A stretch of 64,000 nucleotides of DNA from Lytechinus pictus. Lineage: Eukaryota. Where the stretch lies: positions 4,342,001-4,406,000 of the forward strand of contig NC_087246.1 of NCBI RefSeq assembly GCF_037042905.1. Reading direction: 5' to 3'. The notes under the pieces were generated by a model. The model saw only the letters and a list, made by a program, of their open reading frames with translations, was not told where the DNA came from and made no database searches. Of the stretch, positions 9,746 to 24,428 are shown one piece after another (the first letter of the stretch is position 1; each line of letters opens with the position of its first letter). A program made the translations under genes and the position numbers.

Positions 9746-12221
9746 TATTTATTAATTCATATATTTATTGATTTATTTGTTTATTTATTTATTATCTATT
9801 CATGTATTTATTTATTCATATATTTTTTCGTTCATTTATAATTAATTGTTTTTTTCCTTCTGGTATGTTTAGTATTTTCAATTTTATTATCGTCATACAT
9901 GTACAAAGTTTCCTTTTTTACTATAGGCATCGTTTTAGTGTCCCCCAATAACCCGATTTGAAAGAACCGAAGCACGTTAAGTTCCTTTGCATTTTCGTCT
10001 GATTAGTGCTCTTTTTTATTTTGAAGATTCTTTCACCATCATAGTTTCTTACTTAAAGATTCCCTTCCAACATGATTGTAGTTTTATTTGAAACAGGAAA
10101 AAATATAGTAGTATACCGTATTTAGAACTAGAGCTTTCATCATCTCACATAAAAACCGAAATACTTTGTATTGCACCTATAAGATAAAAGAGAGAGTGGA
10201 TGACGCTACACTCCAAATTCCTTTTGTATTCTGTGATGTGAAAGGTAAAATACTTTCATTTCCTTTATACCAGTTCGATTTTATATAATAGTCTGAGAAA
10301 CTGTCAATAAAGAGACTTGATTTCACATTTTTTCAATTTCACATGTTGACGGGTAGTCAAACTATGTTTATCATTTAATGGAAAAAAGAAATATTCCATA
10401 GGGCATGTTAACTAAAAAAAGAGGAGTATTGAGTATGTAAAATCATTAGCTCCGTCATTAGCACAACCACCTTCGCTGTGCTCAACTGTTTTAACGAAAT
10501 TGTGCACATGCATGAAACAAAACTAAATGTATTCAGCGTTATGCTACATTGATTTGTCTCTTTTTATTCATATCAACTAATGTTTTGGTGGAATGAACCT
10601 TCAATGATATACGAACCCTTTCTTTTCCAATATTATTCAACTTTCAAAAAATGTCATTTCTGAGACAAATGAACAGAAAGCCCGATAAGTAACTAAATAA
10701 CTTGATCCGTTTATGCAATTATTTCTTACTGGCAATATTTTCATTTTTCCTTTAACAAACTGTGTTTTTTCTTACACAAGGGGAATTCGTGGACTTATTT
10801 GGGAGGGGGGAGGGGGACAAAAATCCAAGTAAAGATGAAATATGAAAAAAAAATCATGTTTAGCTCTACTTTAGAAATGGAACCGTTTACATTTAAAGCT
10901 TTATAGAAAAGATGTCATATTTCCCCTACTGACATGACTGAGGTTAGCGTGAAGTAATATTCAAGGGCGTTATTTTTTACCATCACCTATATTTTTCCAA
11001 TTTACACAATTAATTGCACAATATATGGCAGGTAAAGAAAGTTTTCATTGACCTTATATGGTACATGATTTGAGATCATTCCATCAGGCACATTTTTATT
11101 AACATGTCAAGAATATACTTTGAAAATTACGACCACATTTGAATGACTGATACTGCAACAACAATAAATGCTTTAACAAAATTTAAACGATTCGAATAAG
11201 TGGGACAATAATTATAGGATCAAAGTATATCGGGTTTTTTCTGTTTCCAAAAGGGCATAACGAAAAGTAGAATATTGAACGAAAATATATAAAAAACAGC
11301 TTTATGCTTCCTTTTCCGTTATCAAAAACAGAAATATTGCTTTAAATATTTTTTTTATGAAACCTTAAAAACATGTAAGTTATAAAAAATGTGTGTTTCT
11401 GTTCACCTCTTCCAGTTTATTCATTTTCACGTTTGCAATACAGAGAATAATTGAGCGACTTTTTTTTTCCACTAATGTCATTGCATTTTGTAAATTAAAA
11501 ATTGAAGACAGCCCTCTGGGTTTCTTTATTTGTTAAAGCATGTTCTTTATTTTAAAGGGATAAATTGAAGGTTTCGACCCATCGTCTTATTTTGATGTAA
11601 TTTCTTGACCCAATTTTTCTTTGTGTAAATCTAAATTTAATTCCCATTTGTTTCATTATCTTTTCCAATTTACGATTTAGGTATTGCTGTATTTACTATT
11701 TTCCCACTGAATGATAAATGATAAATAAATGAAAAAAGTGAGAGCGGTCTTCACATTCTCAATATAAAAATGCGAAAATAGAAAAAGAAAAATGTGTGGC
11801 ATTTGGGTGGGGGTGACATTGTGCCTCTCATATATGTAACTTTTCCGTATAGATATTTAAACATGGCCTTTCCATTTAGCATACCATCCTGTTCAGACTT
11901 AATATTTTTTTAGAACACAAGATTCTCACGAGGAATTTTTTTCTACATTAAAAAAAAACCGAGAAGACTTTCAAATAATATTACCCTAACTGTTCGGATT
12001 AAGCAGCTTCCATAGCTGGAAACTACCATCATAGTGCCCGAAGGCTGTACACCACTAATATGTTCCGGTCATTATCAGGGAGTTCCCCCCACTGACCCGT
12101 AAAATGATGTCATTCAGAGAAATACATTCATATAAAATGAATGGTACATGTTTGAAAAATTTTTATCGCATGAACACGAAATGATAACATTGTCCATTTA
12201 TCATGTTTATATAGCACAGTT

Positions 12222-12437
12222 ACTATGTGCATATATTGATACTTGGTATCATAATGCCCGGCTGTAGCTGAGCCGCCATATTAATAGGCGCTAAATCGTT
12301 CAAGGAATCCTACCGGGTACCCATTCACCTCACCTGGGTCGAGTGCAGCACAATGTGGATGGATTGTGGATGCCGAAGGAAATTACGCCATGGCTGGGAT
12401 TCGAACCGACGGCCATCTGTTTCAAAGTCCGGAAACA
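12222..12437 (-). mobile_element. tRNA-derived SINE with CORE-like body, 5' head truncated
   Basis: Minus strand GGTTCGAATCCC B-box; CACTCGACCCAGGTGAGGTGAATGGGTACC core-like segment. Confidence 0.65.
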
Positions 12438-14962
12438 GAACTTTGTTTCCGGACTTTGAAACAGATGGCTACAGATGGCTACAGATACGTCAAGTTTATT
12501 TTATGGGTACTTTATTAGCTGCCCAGGAATACCTATCATCACTGTTGTTGCAGGTTGGATGGTTGGTGTTTATCTTAACGGCGTTTGCATTCTAAAATAA
12601 TACTTACGCCTTTTCTGATTATAATCTATTTTTTCTCGATTACTAAAAAAAAAAATTATCCTTCATTTTTCTTTACAAAAAAAGTGGAAAGAGCACAAGT
12701 TGCAAATACAAAAATAAGGCTAAAACCAACGCAAAATAAGACGTACTAAGAAACAGAAATTAAAGCTATATGCTTTATTTTTCAGAGTATTCTGTGTTTC
12801 AGGCCTCCTACCGAGAAAACAAGCTGGAAAACACCATATTCTCAGATAATGAAGAATATTTGATGATCTCTTTATTACAGAGTTATGAAATTGATTTTTA
12901 GTGATTTTTTAAATGAATTCTCATTTTCAACACATGGACCTATGGAGAAATAGTTCGTCGAGTCATTATAAAAATAAGATGCCACGAAATGGTGCTAGCG
13001 AACCTCGTTTTGCCAGGGGCGAGTAAAAGCAGAGTGCGCCATCTTCGGCGACGAGTCGAGGCAAGGGATCTCTGTTTTCCATTGGGCATTGCTACAGGGT
13101 GCCAGGAGTGGGCCGACCCTTTTCAAGCAGTGAAACAAAAGAAGAAAGAGTGAGAAGAGGAGGAAGTAAACATGGGAATGAATTGGAAATAACATTATCA
13201 AAAGAGTTGTCTGGGTCGTATAACTCTACATACTCGTTTAGTTTAATATTGAGAGGCGGAGTGACACCTGTACCCTTTATAGCTTTGCTCCTGTCATACG
13301 GTGTCTCCTCTGAAGTAAATTATATGTAGGACATTGAAGTTGTTATCTACTTTGATGGAGTAGTTTGGGATCACTCTTAACATGTTTCAGGTGAATGCAA
13401 TATCAAAACTGCAAATTAGCCTGATCATTTCAACAGCCTCATGATAGATGCCCTTATTTTTAATAAATAATTTTTAATAAATTCGACTTCTTAGAAAGGG
13501 AGATTGAACAACATTAAGACGCATTTTTACAGATCCACTCAAACACAATATAGATTGTTTTGTTTAGGTTGTGTCATATAAAACTAGCTACAATATAATA
13601 GCAGCGGATAATGGAAAGAGGTGAATTAAGAAACCTTGATTTACTAAATAACTTCGATATGGATTTAGCTCCCTTTGGAATAAAACTCTTCATATATACT
13701 CCTGTCATGCCTGTATAGCTCTTTATCCCATCAGTAGGTCGTACACCTTGCGAACCAGTTCATGAGAAGTAAAACAATTATAGAAAAAGAAAATTCTTTA
13801 CATAAAAAACACCGTATTATTATAGGCAATTCATGAGAAGAAAAAAAGGTTCAATCATTTATTACGAAATGTTTCAGGCGAAAAATGATGAAAAGATTTG
13901 ATTAACTTTAATAGCCACTAAAATTAACATGAAAGAATGTTTAAATATATAATTTGGTAATAAGAAACAAAATTGAAAAGAACGAATAATGAGGTCAACA
14001 TTCGTATTTATTACCTATTTAAAGTGGCTAAGGGCTTTTAGGGAACAAAGTTCTAACCCCAATTCATGTAAAAGAGGTTTCTACAGTGCGTCCCAGAAAA
14101 AAAAAGAAATCTGGATTCCCACATCTTTTTTTCTTCAAAGGCAAATTAATTATGACATATTGCACTTTAGAATAGCGTCGTTCTTATATCAACACCCACC
14201 TTCGCCCCTCCAATCAAAACTAATTTATTTGTTAAATGACCTTTCAATATTTTTTCTATTGTATTTATATAGAGTTATATATTTCATTCAATTTAAATGA
14301 CATTTCGATGTGGATAAGAAAGGTAAATTTACATACAAATGATTTGATATACTAAGAAAATCAATAAAAAAATATATAAAGGTAAGTCGTCTTGGAATTG
14401 GCAATTATTTAAATCGAGGTACCTCAGACGGTGCTGACGTAAGGAATAATTAAAGAGGCCTAGATGATACGCCTGCCTTTCTACAAACAGTATTAAAAAA
14501 CGTTTGGCACATTGTGATTGTTAAGAGGGTGACAGGTGAGTATTTTAGTATTTTATTCTATTAATTTAATTACATTCATGAAATATTGATGATATTTCAC
14601 GTTATGTAGGCCAATGGGAAATATGACCAGACGCCCAAAATATAAAAGTGTGGTAGACTTCATTGGTTTTACCCATTTGACGAGTTAAAAAAAAATAAAG
14701 AATCAGAAAGAAAGTAGTATATAAATAATCTTTCAATTCCGAGCTTCAGTATTCTATCTGACAATATCTGATGGTTTGTAAAATCTGTGAAATCCGTAAA
14801 TTGAAAGTCAATCTAATAGATTGTGGTTAGGAAACACTGAATCCAAAACTGAATGCAAAGTTTCAATCGAATAAGATTGAATTCTTAATCTATTACATTG
14901 AAAACTTCAATCCAACTTTGGATTGGTCCTTGATCGGAATATATTTAAATTCAAGGAATCTA

Positions 14963-15845
14963 GGGCCTTTTCACCCGTAAATCTTGAATCATCATTGCAT
15001 TGATGATTGCCATTTGTCTTTAGAATCATCGGACCTTTCACACGCTCACTCGAAAACTGTGATTTGAATTCAAATTCCCGAGCAAAGGCGGTATGTGTCC
15101 TTGGTGACTTATCAATCAAAGCACTGTATCGATACGACGAGTGTGTGACAATTATCTACGGAAGTGCTTGAAAAGGAGACGTAAGCTCCGCCCCAAAAAT
15201 ATGTTTAGGAGGTCAAGCCTTTTCACACGTGAAATTCGTAAAAAGGACGGTTAGAGAGAAGACTGGATTCTAATGAGGAGTAGATTGGACTTTCCGTATT
15301 TCAAACATTAAAAAAAAAAAGTTTCATGCCTGGATCAAGACGAACATGGTCGAAAGGAACTTTTGTAATGTTGTCAATTTATTCTCTTCTCATTTACATT
15401 TTCCATTCCATAACTCAAGGACCAGGCATGGTTTACCACTTTTTCACACGGTAACAAATATCGTAATTTGAATTATGATTCCAGTGTAATTAAGGCTAAT
15501 GACGAATTTTTTAGCAAGTGTGATACCAAACTAGAACCAAGAACGCTAATCACAATCACTATTTCAAATTCTACTCCGAAGGCGAATTTCAGTTAAGTTT
15601 CACTCAAATTACGGTAAGAACTTTTCGTGTGAAAGGCTTGACCTCCAAACATTTTTTGGGAGACGGAGCTTACGCGACTTTTCAAGCACTTGTTCAGTCT
15701 CATGTCACCAAGAACACCGCCTTCGCTCGGGAATTCGAATTCAAATTACACTTTTCGAGTAAGCGTGTGAAAGGTCCGACAATTCTAAGGACGAATTGGA
15801 ATCATCATTACAATGATGATTCAAGATTCATGTGTGAAAAGGCCC
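14963..15845. mobile_element. PIF/Harbinger-like MITE with long inverted arms
   Basis: TIR gggccttttcac/gtgaaaaggccc; arms ~14963-15240 and ~15610-15845 are inverted copies (both ORFs contain AFAREFEFK); flanks cta/ata. Confidence 0.75.
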
Positions 15846-16239
15846 ATATACTTCTAGGAAGAAAAGGACAGGAAAAGTATTTTCTCATATGTATTATAAA
15901 ACACGAGCACATGAGCAAAGCGATCTAGGGCACTTTTGTATCATTAAAATTTATTTTATCAGTGAGATCTCTTGAAAACACATTGGACTGATTATTTGTT
16001 TAATCCAATAATTATGCACGGTTTTAAAAGTTCGGAAGATAAGGCAATGGCCCCCTGCTGCAAGTGTCCAAGGTGACCCTGACTTATTGATCCCTATGCA
16101 TCCCTATATCTTTTCGATATCACGTCTCTTATCATGCCCAAAAGGAAGATGGTAAACTGATTTATTGACTGGTTTACTTTATTCGTCAAAACAAGTAATA
16201 TGTCTTTAATTATCAATATTATGTGTTAATTTGCTTTCA

Positions 16240-17990
16240 TTACGAGTATACCGTCACATCTGCCCTACACCTATTTATACCAGAATCCCATGACAGTGAA
16301 TAAACTATACAAGCTACGCCATCAAGCAATAACATGTTTGACAACAAGTCAGTCTCTTTTACATCCCCCCCCAAAAAAAAAAGTGTACCAGGGCATCGAA
16401 GACCCTTTTTTTTTGAGAGACATTGACCTTTTATCAACACAAGAAATAAAGTCAGTGTATTTCAAGCCAGCTTCTATCATAGAATCTTCACTTCTTCATC
16501 CATTCATAAAGAGGAAAAGGAAGAGTTGCAATCGTTATTGGGACATCCCTAATGAAGGAGTGCAAAACTGATTGAGTGCCCCCTATCTAAGATCATAGCA
16601 ATACGTTTCAGGCTTCTCTTCTATCACATAAAGATATCATAAATATATTTTCCTGCAAGCATACATTGGTCAAATCTAGAGCTTTGGATTATTTCTTGCC
16701 ATATTTTATTTCTCGTTATTAGTCGCAACTTTCCAATTCAATCTGCATTCAGATTATGTGTAAATAACTTTTCCTGGCATAGCAATTTAGGCCCAAGAAG
16801 AGCCAAACAAAGAAATTCCCCAAATATATTGTATAGTTGCAGGTATTCATCCATTTGAGCACTGAATAACCCTGATAACCATCAGGGCCATTTTCTGCTG
16901 CAAATTTAAAGCAAAAGCAAATTCATAACCTGAAAAGAAAAACAAAATCACCCAGTTTTTCTGTCTACAAACGTACGGAATCTACAAAATACTTAGCTGT
17001 CAATCGGTGAATATGCATAAACTTGCATGTAGCTTAGATATTTCCCATTTTCCTAGTCCACTTTTAGCTCTCTTCTGGGTATTTTAGGCAAATACGTGAA
17101 CTTTGTAAAATTGATATGAAATGAGATGCTAAGAAAGTATACTCGCCGGTGAGGAGAAATGAGATGTGTATTTTTGAAGTATTTATAAGTATTTTTTAAG
17201 GATTAGATGAAGGTAACTTTAAAGGAAGGAAATTTAAAAAAAAATCAAACATAAAACGTGAATAATCGGTAGTTGTGTGGGAAATTTGGTAAAGAAACTT
17301 ATTACGTTTGCTCTACATGTATGATTTGAAGGAAGAGGTGTTCAACCTCTCATGGCTTCCTTAATTGCATCATATAGCGAGAGTAAACTCCCAGGTATAT
17401 CATGAAAGCTTCTTCTTGGCTTTTTAACGAATCTAATAAACCACCTTTCTTCAAGGATCTCTTCATCGATAGTATTGTATGCAAAAAAGCATGGAAATTC
17501 CCTTCCTGGAATAGTAATGCTTGATTTCTTGTCTGTCTATTATTATTTTTTTTTCAATTTATTTATCTTTGTTATTTGTTACTGCAAGATGAAGAATAAT
17601 ACTGTTTATGGGGAAATGTCATTTTTAAAGTGTTTAAGAAAAATGTACTGTCATCAAAGTTCTGACAACACATAGATTTTCTTTGACATTTCTGTTTAGG
17701 ATTTCTCATAATCCCATCTATAGGAAAAGATAGCCAATTCCTCCTTTCCTGTTATTATTTATTCATTTTGGGGGTCTTTTTATGAACTTGTTAAGCATTA
17801 TATAGGTTATTTATCACGAATGCCCTCTTTTTCTACTTAAAATGTAAATTGTTGAAGAAGCAATTTGGCCCCTACGCATTTCCTCCGGATAAAGAATCTA
17901 ATGACGTCGGAGTCTGTAGATACATTTCCGGGCATTGTTATCCACCTGTAACTTCCCCCTCCCCAATCCACCTTTATCTTCTGAAAGTGA
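16240..17990 (-). pseudogene. Cluster of degenerate exon-like segments, possibly from an extracellular multidomain protein
   Basis: Polypyrimidine acceptors (ttttcttttcag| at 16930; tttcag| near 17981); coding-like frames with stops: ...LDGVACIVYSLSWDSGINRCRADVTVYS|gtaatg, KSSITIPGREFPCFFAYNTIDEEILEERWFIRF, GSYRWITMPGNVSTDSDVIRFFI. Confidence 0.3.
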
Positions 17991-18779
17991 GAGATATATG
18001 TAATCTATTTCGATACTATTTTCTTTATAAGATGAACTTCAACTTTTGCACAAAGCACCTATCACCTAATTATGACGTCGGTGTTCCACTGGATATTGAG
18101 GTGCTATAGTCGTCAATATCTTCTTTACCAAAAGCCTTCCGCCAGAAAATTCTTATACATTTGTTAACTTTTTACTAACAAATGTATGAAATGAAAGTAG
18201 ACGCCTTCTGCAGGTCCCTGCCACGTTTTAACAGAAAGCGTGTCAAAACTGAGATGCGTAAAGTGGGAAAGACGGGGATTTAGAAATACAGAAAACCCCA
18301 CAGGCAGTACACCGTAATGATGTGGGTGAGGTGTGAGTGCGAATATATGTGAGGGTGTGTGTGTGTGGGGGGTGAATCAATTCTTATTAAAAGCGGAAAG
18401 TGTGTATGTATGATAATGTTTTATTTCCGATCTGCCTATGGACTTATTGTGATAATGTAAAGAGATGGTAAAATTAGCTGCTTGATAAACGATGCATGAT
18501 TGGGTGAAAAACAACCTTACTAGCTTGCCTTATGCTAAAATGCTAATTCGTTATATCTGAAAAGTAAAATATTTTTGCCTTCAGTTAAAGCAGAAACCTG
18601 ATGATATGATTTGACAATGATGTTACTTGTATTATCTACTACCCCTTCCCATCCCTCCTCGTCACGTTGTAATATATAATATATTTTGCATAATAGACAA
18701 GTAGAGACTTGTCTTTAGAGTATATGAAAAATTAGAAAATTACTCTTTATAACAATATATACATTGTTAACATTGTTAT

Positions 18780-18905
18780 TTGGTAGCAGCAGCGGCACTA
18801 TTTGTAGCAGTAGCAATAGTTGAAGTAAAGGTAGTAGTAGTAGTAGTAGTAGTACTATAGAAGTAGTAGTAGTAGTTATAGTATTATAAATAGTAGTAGT
18901 AGTAG
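18780..18905. repeat. Degenerate (GTA/GCA)n microsatellite
   Basis: Direct reading. Confidence 0.85.
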
Positions 18906-18990
18906 ATGATATTGGTTGATGAAACGATTTTTTTTCCAACAGGGATGGAGAGGGGGAATAAAAAGCGAAGCAAACATTGGAAATCAATTA

Positions 18991-19799
18991 AGGTACTGTT
19001 AGATAATTCGGGTTTTTTTTTCTTCAAAACTGACAAAGCAAAAATGAAATATTGAGTGAAAATTGATGCTGTTTTCGAGATCTAAAACAGAAAAGCGGTA
19101 TTTCAAGAATGAAATATGTAAAAACGGGAAAACAGACAAACGGTTCAATTTTCCGTTTTCCTGTTTTCACATATTTCGATTATTAGTTTTTCCTTTGAAA
19201 AACACAAAATTGAATTGAAATTTTCGCTTCCTTTTTCTGTTTTGCGTTCACGAAACCGAAATTTGAATTGAAATCTTTTTTTCCTTTTTCTGTTTCGCCT
19301 TCTCGTTTCCTTTCTCCGTTTCGAAATAAAAAACACGAATTATCTGATCGCACCGCCGCGGCGCGCCGTCAAGGTGCGATTAGATAATTCCTTTTCCTTC
19401 AAACGGGATATTGAAGACTGCTGAAGTTTTTTTTCCAAACGGGCGGAGCCAGAACTTAGCACCTTTGAATCAAGATATTGGTTAGATAATTCGTTTTTCT
19501 GATTTCGAAATGGAAGAAGAAAACGAGATTTCAATTAAATTTTCTGTTTCGTGAACGCAAAACAGAAAAGGAAACGATAGTTTCGATTCAATTTTCTGTT
19601 TTTCAAAGGAAAATCTGAAAATTAAAATATGTAAAAACTGTAATACGGAAAAATGAACCGTTTTTATATATTTCATTCTTTAATCTAAATATTGAAAAAT
19701 GACCGTTTTTCTGTTTTAAATCTCGAAAATATCACTCAATATTTCGTTTTTGCTTTTTCCGTTTCGAAAGCAGAAAAAACGAATAATCTAAGAGTACCT
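18991..19799. mobile_element. Palindromic foldback MITE (Harbinger-like)
   Basis: TIR aggtactgttagataattcg / cgaataatctaagagtacct, flanks tta/tga; nested internal inverted blocks and central GC hairpin 19340-19387. Confidence 0.7.
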
Positions 19800-19896
19800 T
19801 GATTGAAATTGTGTGGAAGGGGTGGTTTAATTCCACGGTAGACAAAAGATTTGAGTTATTCACTCTAACGGACTGTGATACGATAGAGGTCTTTGT

Positions 19897-20137
19897 CACA
19901 CAGTACAAAAAAATGATTAAGCACGTCATTCTAAAATAAGTTGTTTAAACGCTTAAACAATAATTAACATTTTTAAAAACTTTCAGCAGCTTCTTTTTGC
20001 TATTTTTAAAAACTGTTTAACCTATTAAAACAACTTGTTTGACATTTTCAGAAACTTGTTATAAATCTTTAAACATTCGTTGTTAGAGTGACGGATTTAA
20101 ACAACGTGCAAAAATTGGATAACGTTTATACAGTGTA
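19897..20137. mobile_element. Small MITE (CACTGTA/TACAGTG ends, TTTAAACA repeats); related copy at ~50612-50840
   Basis: Shared segment TGTTAGAGTGAC.G..TTAAACAACGTGC in both copies; ends tacagtgta. Confidence 0.55.
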
Positions 20138-20778
20138 CAGTAAAGTGCACTTGTTTGCGAGGGAGCGTATAGCGACTGAGCGAGAAAATTCGCAATTTCC
20201 AACCATGAAGATTCATGTTTTGAACTTACTGTCAATGAAAGTTAGCATTTTGAATCTCTATCATTGCATGTGATAATTAATACATTCCAATAAAAGTAAG
20301 AATTGCTTATTCATCTATTATTACATACAGTTATGTATTTGTTTGATTTTGTAATATTGATGTATTTATCTATCGAACTTTTTATAAATTAATTGATATA
20401 TTTATTCAATCAATCATTCATTTATTATTTCATTTGGCAAATAGATTTATTGTCAACTTCTTTAGTGGCCTGGAGGTCGAATTGAAGATTCCTTTAATTT
20501 GTAAAATAGTGTATGCCAATAAAAATTGGATTCGATAATTTCGCTTAAGATATTGTAACTGTACGTACATTAATAGTCATAATGGAAACACAACCAGTAG
20601 ATTAAAGGGTCTATTACACGCATCCCTATTATTATTGTTATCATTATATAGTGAATAAAACAAATGGGAACAATGACATAATTCCCCGTTTATAGTTCTT
20701 TTACCATTTACATGCGAGTGAGCTTAGCGACTGGGTATGAAAATTAGTCATTTTCAAAGAGAGATGTGAATGAATTAA

Positions 20779-21382
20779 AGGTCAAGTCCACCCCAGCAAA
20801 ATGTTGATTTGAATAAATAGAGAAAAATCAAACTAGCATAATACTGAAAATTTCATCAAAATCGGATGTAAAATAAGAAAGTTATGGCATTTTAAAGTTT
20901 CGCTTATTTTTCACAAAACAGTGATATGCACAACTCAGTGACATGCAAATGAGTCAGTCGATGATGTCCATCACTCACTATTTCTTTTTGTTTTTCATTG
21001 TTTGAATTATACAATATTTCATTTTTTACAGATTTGACCATAGGGACCGACGTGACTGAATAATATAGTATTAAACAATGCTAATTCCACATGTTCATGG
21101 AGGAATTAATCATTGTTTCACTGGACAATGAGGAGAAAATTAGAATGTTTCATATTTCATATAATAAAATACAAAAGAAATAGTGAGTGGTTGACGTCAT
21201 CAGTCTCCTCACTTGCATACCAAACAGGATGTGCATATAACTATTTTGTGAAATTAAGCGAAACTTTAAAATATCAAAACTTTCTTATTTTAAATCCAAT
21301 TTTGATGAAATTTTCAGTATTTTGTTTGTCGGATTTTTCTTTTTTTATTCAAATCAATTTTTTATTGGGTTGGACTTGTCCT
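20779..21382. mobile_element. Kolobok-like non-autonomous DNA transposon
   Basis: TTAA|AGGTCAAGTCCACCCC ... GGGTTGGACTTGTCCT|TGAA; long imperfect TIRs. Confidence 0.75.
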
Positions 21383-21624
21383 TGAATATATGATAAATGG
21401 AAATGAAAATCTATTCTTTTAATAATATTATTATTCTACATTTCCGTTTCTTTTCTTCCCCATTCTCTTTTTTTCTATTGTTGTTTGGTTGTGGAACTTT
21501 GTGGGAGACAAGCTCACTGACCACTTTTATAATCATGTGGGGGTGAGAGTGTGTGTTTGGGGTGTATGTGTGTATACATTTATTATTATTATCATATTAT
21601 TATCAAGTCATTAGTAAACTTCTG

Positions 21625-21897
<273 letters not shown>

Positions 21898-24428
21898 GTT
21901 TCAAGACTCGAAACCCGAGACTCGAACTTAAGCATTTTCGACATTTAATTCAACATCAACGCTTCGGACAAACGTATCTATACAAAAGTTTTTTTTTTCT
22001 TTTCTCACAGACTTTCGACAGAAAAAGATTTCTGCATCGGCTATCAAACATCATCAAATACTGCAAAGCGAAACTGTGAGTTCTGACCCTTGATAAAGCT
22101 GGAAAAAGGGTTAATACAAGTCATGTATAATGAGAAGAAAATAGAGAAAATTATATTTATACGATGTGAGCTTTTGCAATCCTTAGGATTTACACAATTT
22201 TTTTGGGGGGAAGGGACATGATATCACTGATATTTTTAATTGAGGTAACAATAATATAGAAGATTATTACCTATAAAAGGAGAAAATTATTTCTGATTTG
22301 TTCTGATCCTTTGAGCGCAATAGATAATGGAAAAGATAAGAGTTGTGAATGTACAAAGATTAATAAGATTACTGAGTATTCATTAAGTTTTTGAAATAAT
22401 CATGTCATCGATTCCCGTCAGGATTTGGTAAACGTATTATAGACCTATAAAGAAGAGAGGAAAAGTATATATATTCACAAAATATAGCTAGGATATTTTT
22501 TGATTGATTGATATATGCTCAGAACATTTATCAAACAATATATAATTTTATCCAAATTCGTTTTGGGGACCGTAGTAAACCTAATATCCATTTTATATTT
22601 TTGATCTTATCATCCAAAGCTAATATATTTCTTAAATTAGCACATAGTGTCAAAGAAAATGTTCTGCAGCATCAATCATTTCCAGTATACTTTAAGAAAG
22701 ATTTTAAGGAGCTGCAGCTTAATGCATAAAAGTTCAAAATACAATTATTTATTGCATTTATGATTATACATGACAATAGATATCCCTTGACCTTCAAACA
22801 ACGTCAAGAGGCTATGTTAATTCTTTTCGAGTAGCTATTGTTTTTCATCCATTTCCACTTGATTTGGTTTTTTTCTGTAGTTAATACAAATTAGCAGCTG
22901 GGATAAACGTTCTTATATATACATATATACCGTATATCAAAATAACAACCCTACAATACAAATTTTACCGTGGGCGGCCAAGTCCAAATCCATAACATCG
23001 TCAATCCTTGTTGGCGCTCATGAAAATTCATCAAATGAAGGGATTTTAGGCCTACTTTTCTCTCTCACACTCACCAAGGAAACAAAAATAGTTTCGTTGT
23101 CATGGTTATATGGTGTGTTTATCTTGTACTTGTATATCCTGAGCACTATTTTAAATTGCTTTTGTTATCCGTTCGCTATACCGTGTTTAGAAAAAGTAGT
23201 CGCCGTTTTGAAAAAAAAAAGAATTTCAGTCTGCGCTGCTAAAAGCACTTTGAACACTGAAAAAAAAGAAAAAAAAATAGACGAGGATTAAGAGATGGGT
23301 GTGCAACTGTTCTAGTGTAAATTAGTCAAATCAAAATAGAGAATGAAAAAAGGAATTGATCGTTAGATGACTAAACGAACAAAGAGAAACGATGTTCACC
23401 TAGAAATTTGCCCTAATCCGATTTTCTGCTAACATGATGAGCCGGTGCTTGAGCCTTGAAGTACGTATAGCTTTGGGCAATCATGAATATAGATCGCCAT
23501 TAATGAGCAATGATCCTCGTGCTTCGAACCTCGGGCTTTTCAGTATCTCTGATGTATGCAAATTCAGAAATACACATTGGGAAGGAAAAAAGTCACCATT
23601 TCCGTTACCACATTTAGATTTTATAAGTATACGACAAGATAACAAGAGGATAAGATGGACTTTGGGTCGTCATTAAACAAAAGATTTACAATATCAAGGC
23701 GCTAAAAACACACACCCTAAAGCTTACTTATTGGTTAAAAACTGTTGCCATCAATTTCATGCCCCGATTATGAGATGTTGGGAGGGAGGGGGGGGGGGGG
23801 GGAGGGTATCTCTTTATTCATTGTTCCGGCCAAAAATGAGTATCTCAGGTTTCTGGATATAAATTATAATCACGTATCATCAAAAGTGTCTTTTATTATA
23901 TCTTTTCAAAAGTGCTCTCTGGTTTTATATGCTTTTTTATTGCCTTGATATGAAACTATTCAAATTATTACATTAAACATTAAGAGAAAGGTAATTAATA
24001 CTTGAAATTATCAATTAATATGATCTATCGATAAATATTCAAATTGGTGCATTGATAAAAGTAAATGGAAAAAGAATCCCTATGATTTTTATAGTATTTC
24101 AATATTTAGAAGAAATGGGAAGAAAAGAAAACTTTGTACAGAACATGTATTGTGATGGAAATTATAAATGTAAATCATTAAGTAAAATAATTTTAGTAGA
24201 TTTTATTGATGCATTAATACCGAAACAAAACCAATTAGAAAGAAAGTGGACAAAGATACTCATCTTAATGATATTATTACAATATTATACAAATGATGCA
24301 TGCACATGAGTTCATTATAGGCGATCTATATCCTCACGCGAGTTGAGGCTCTGTTCAATCCATTGCACGAATCCGTTAGGCTGAGTGCAATGGGGTGAAC
24401 ACAGCCTCAACGAGAGTGGATAGGTCGT

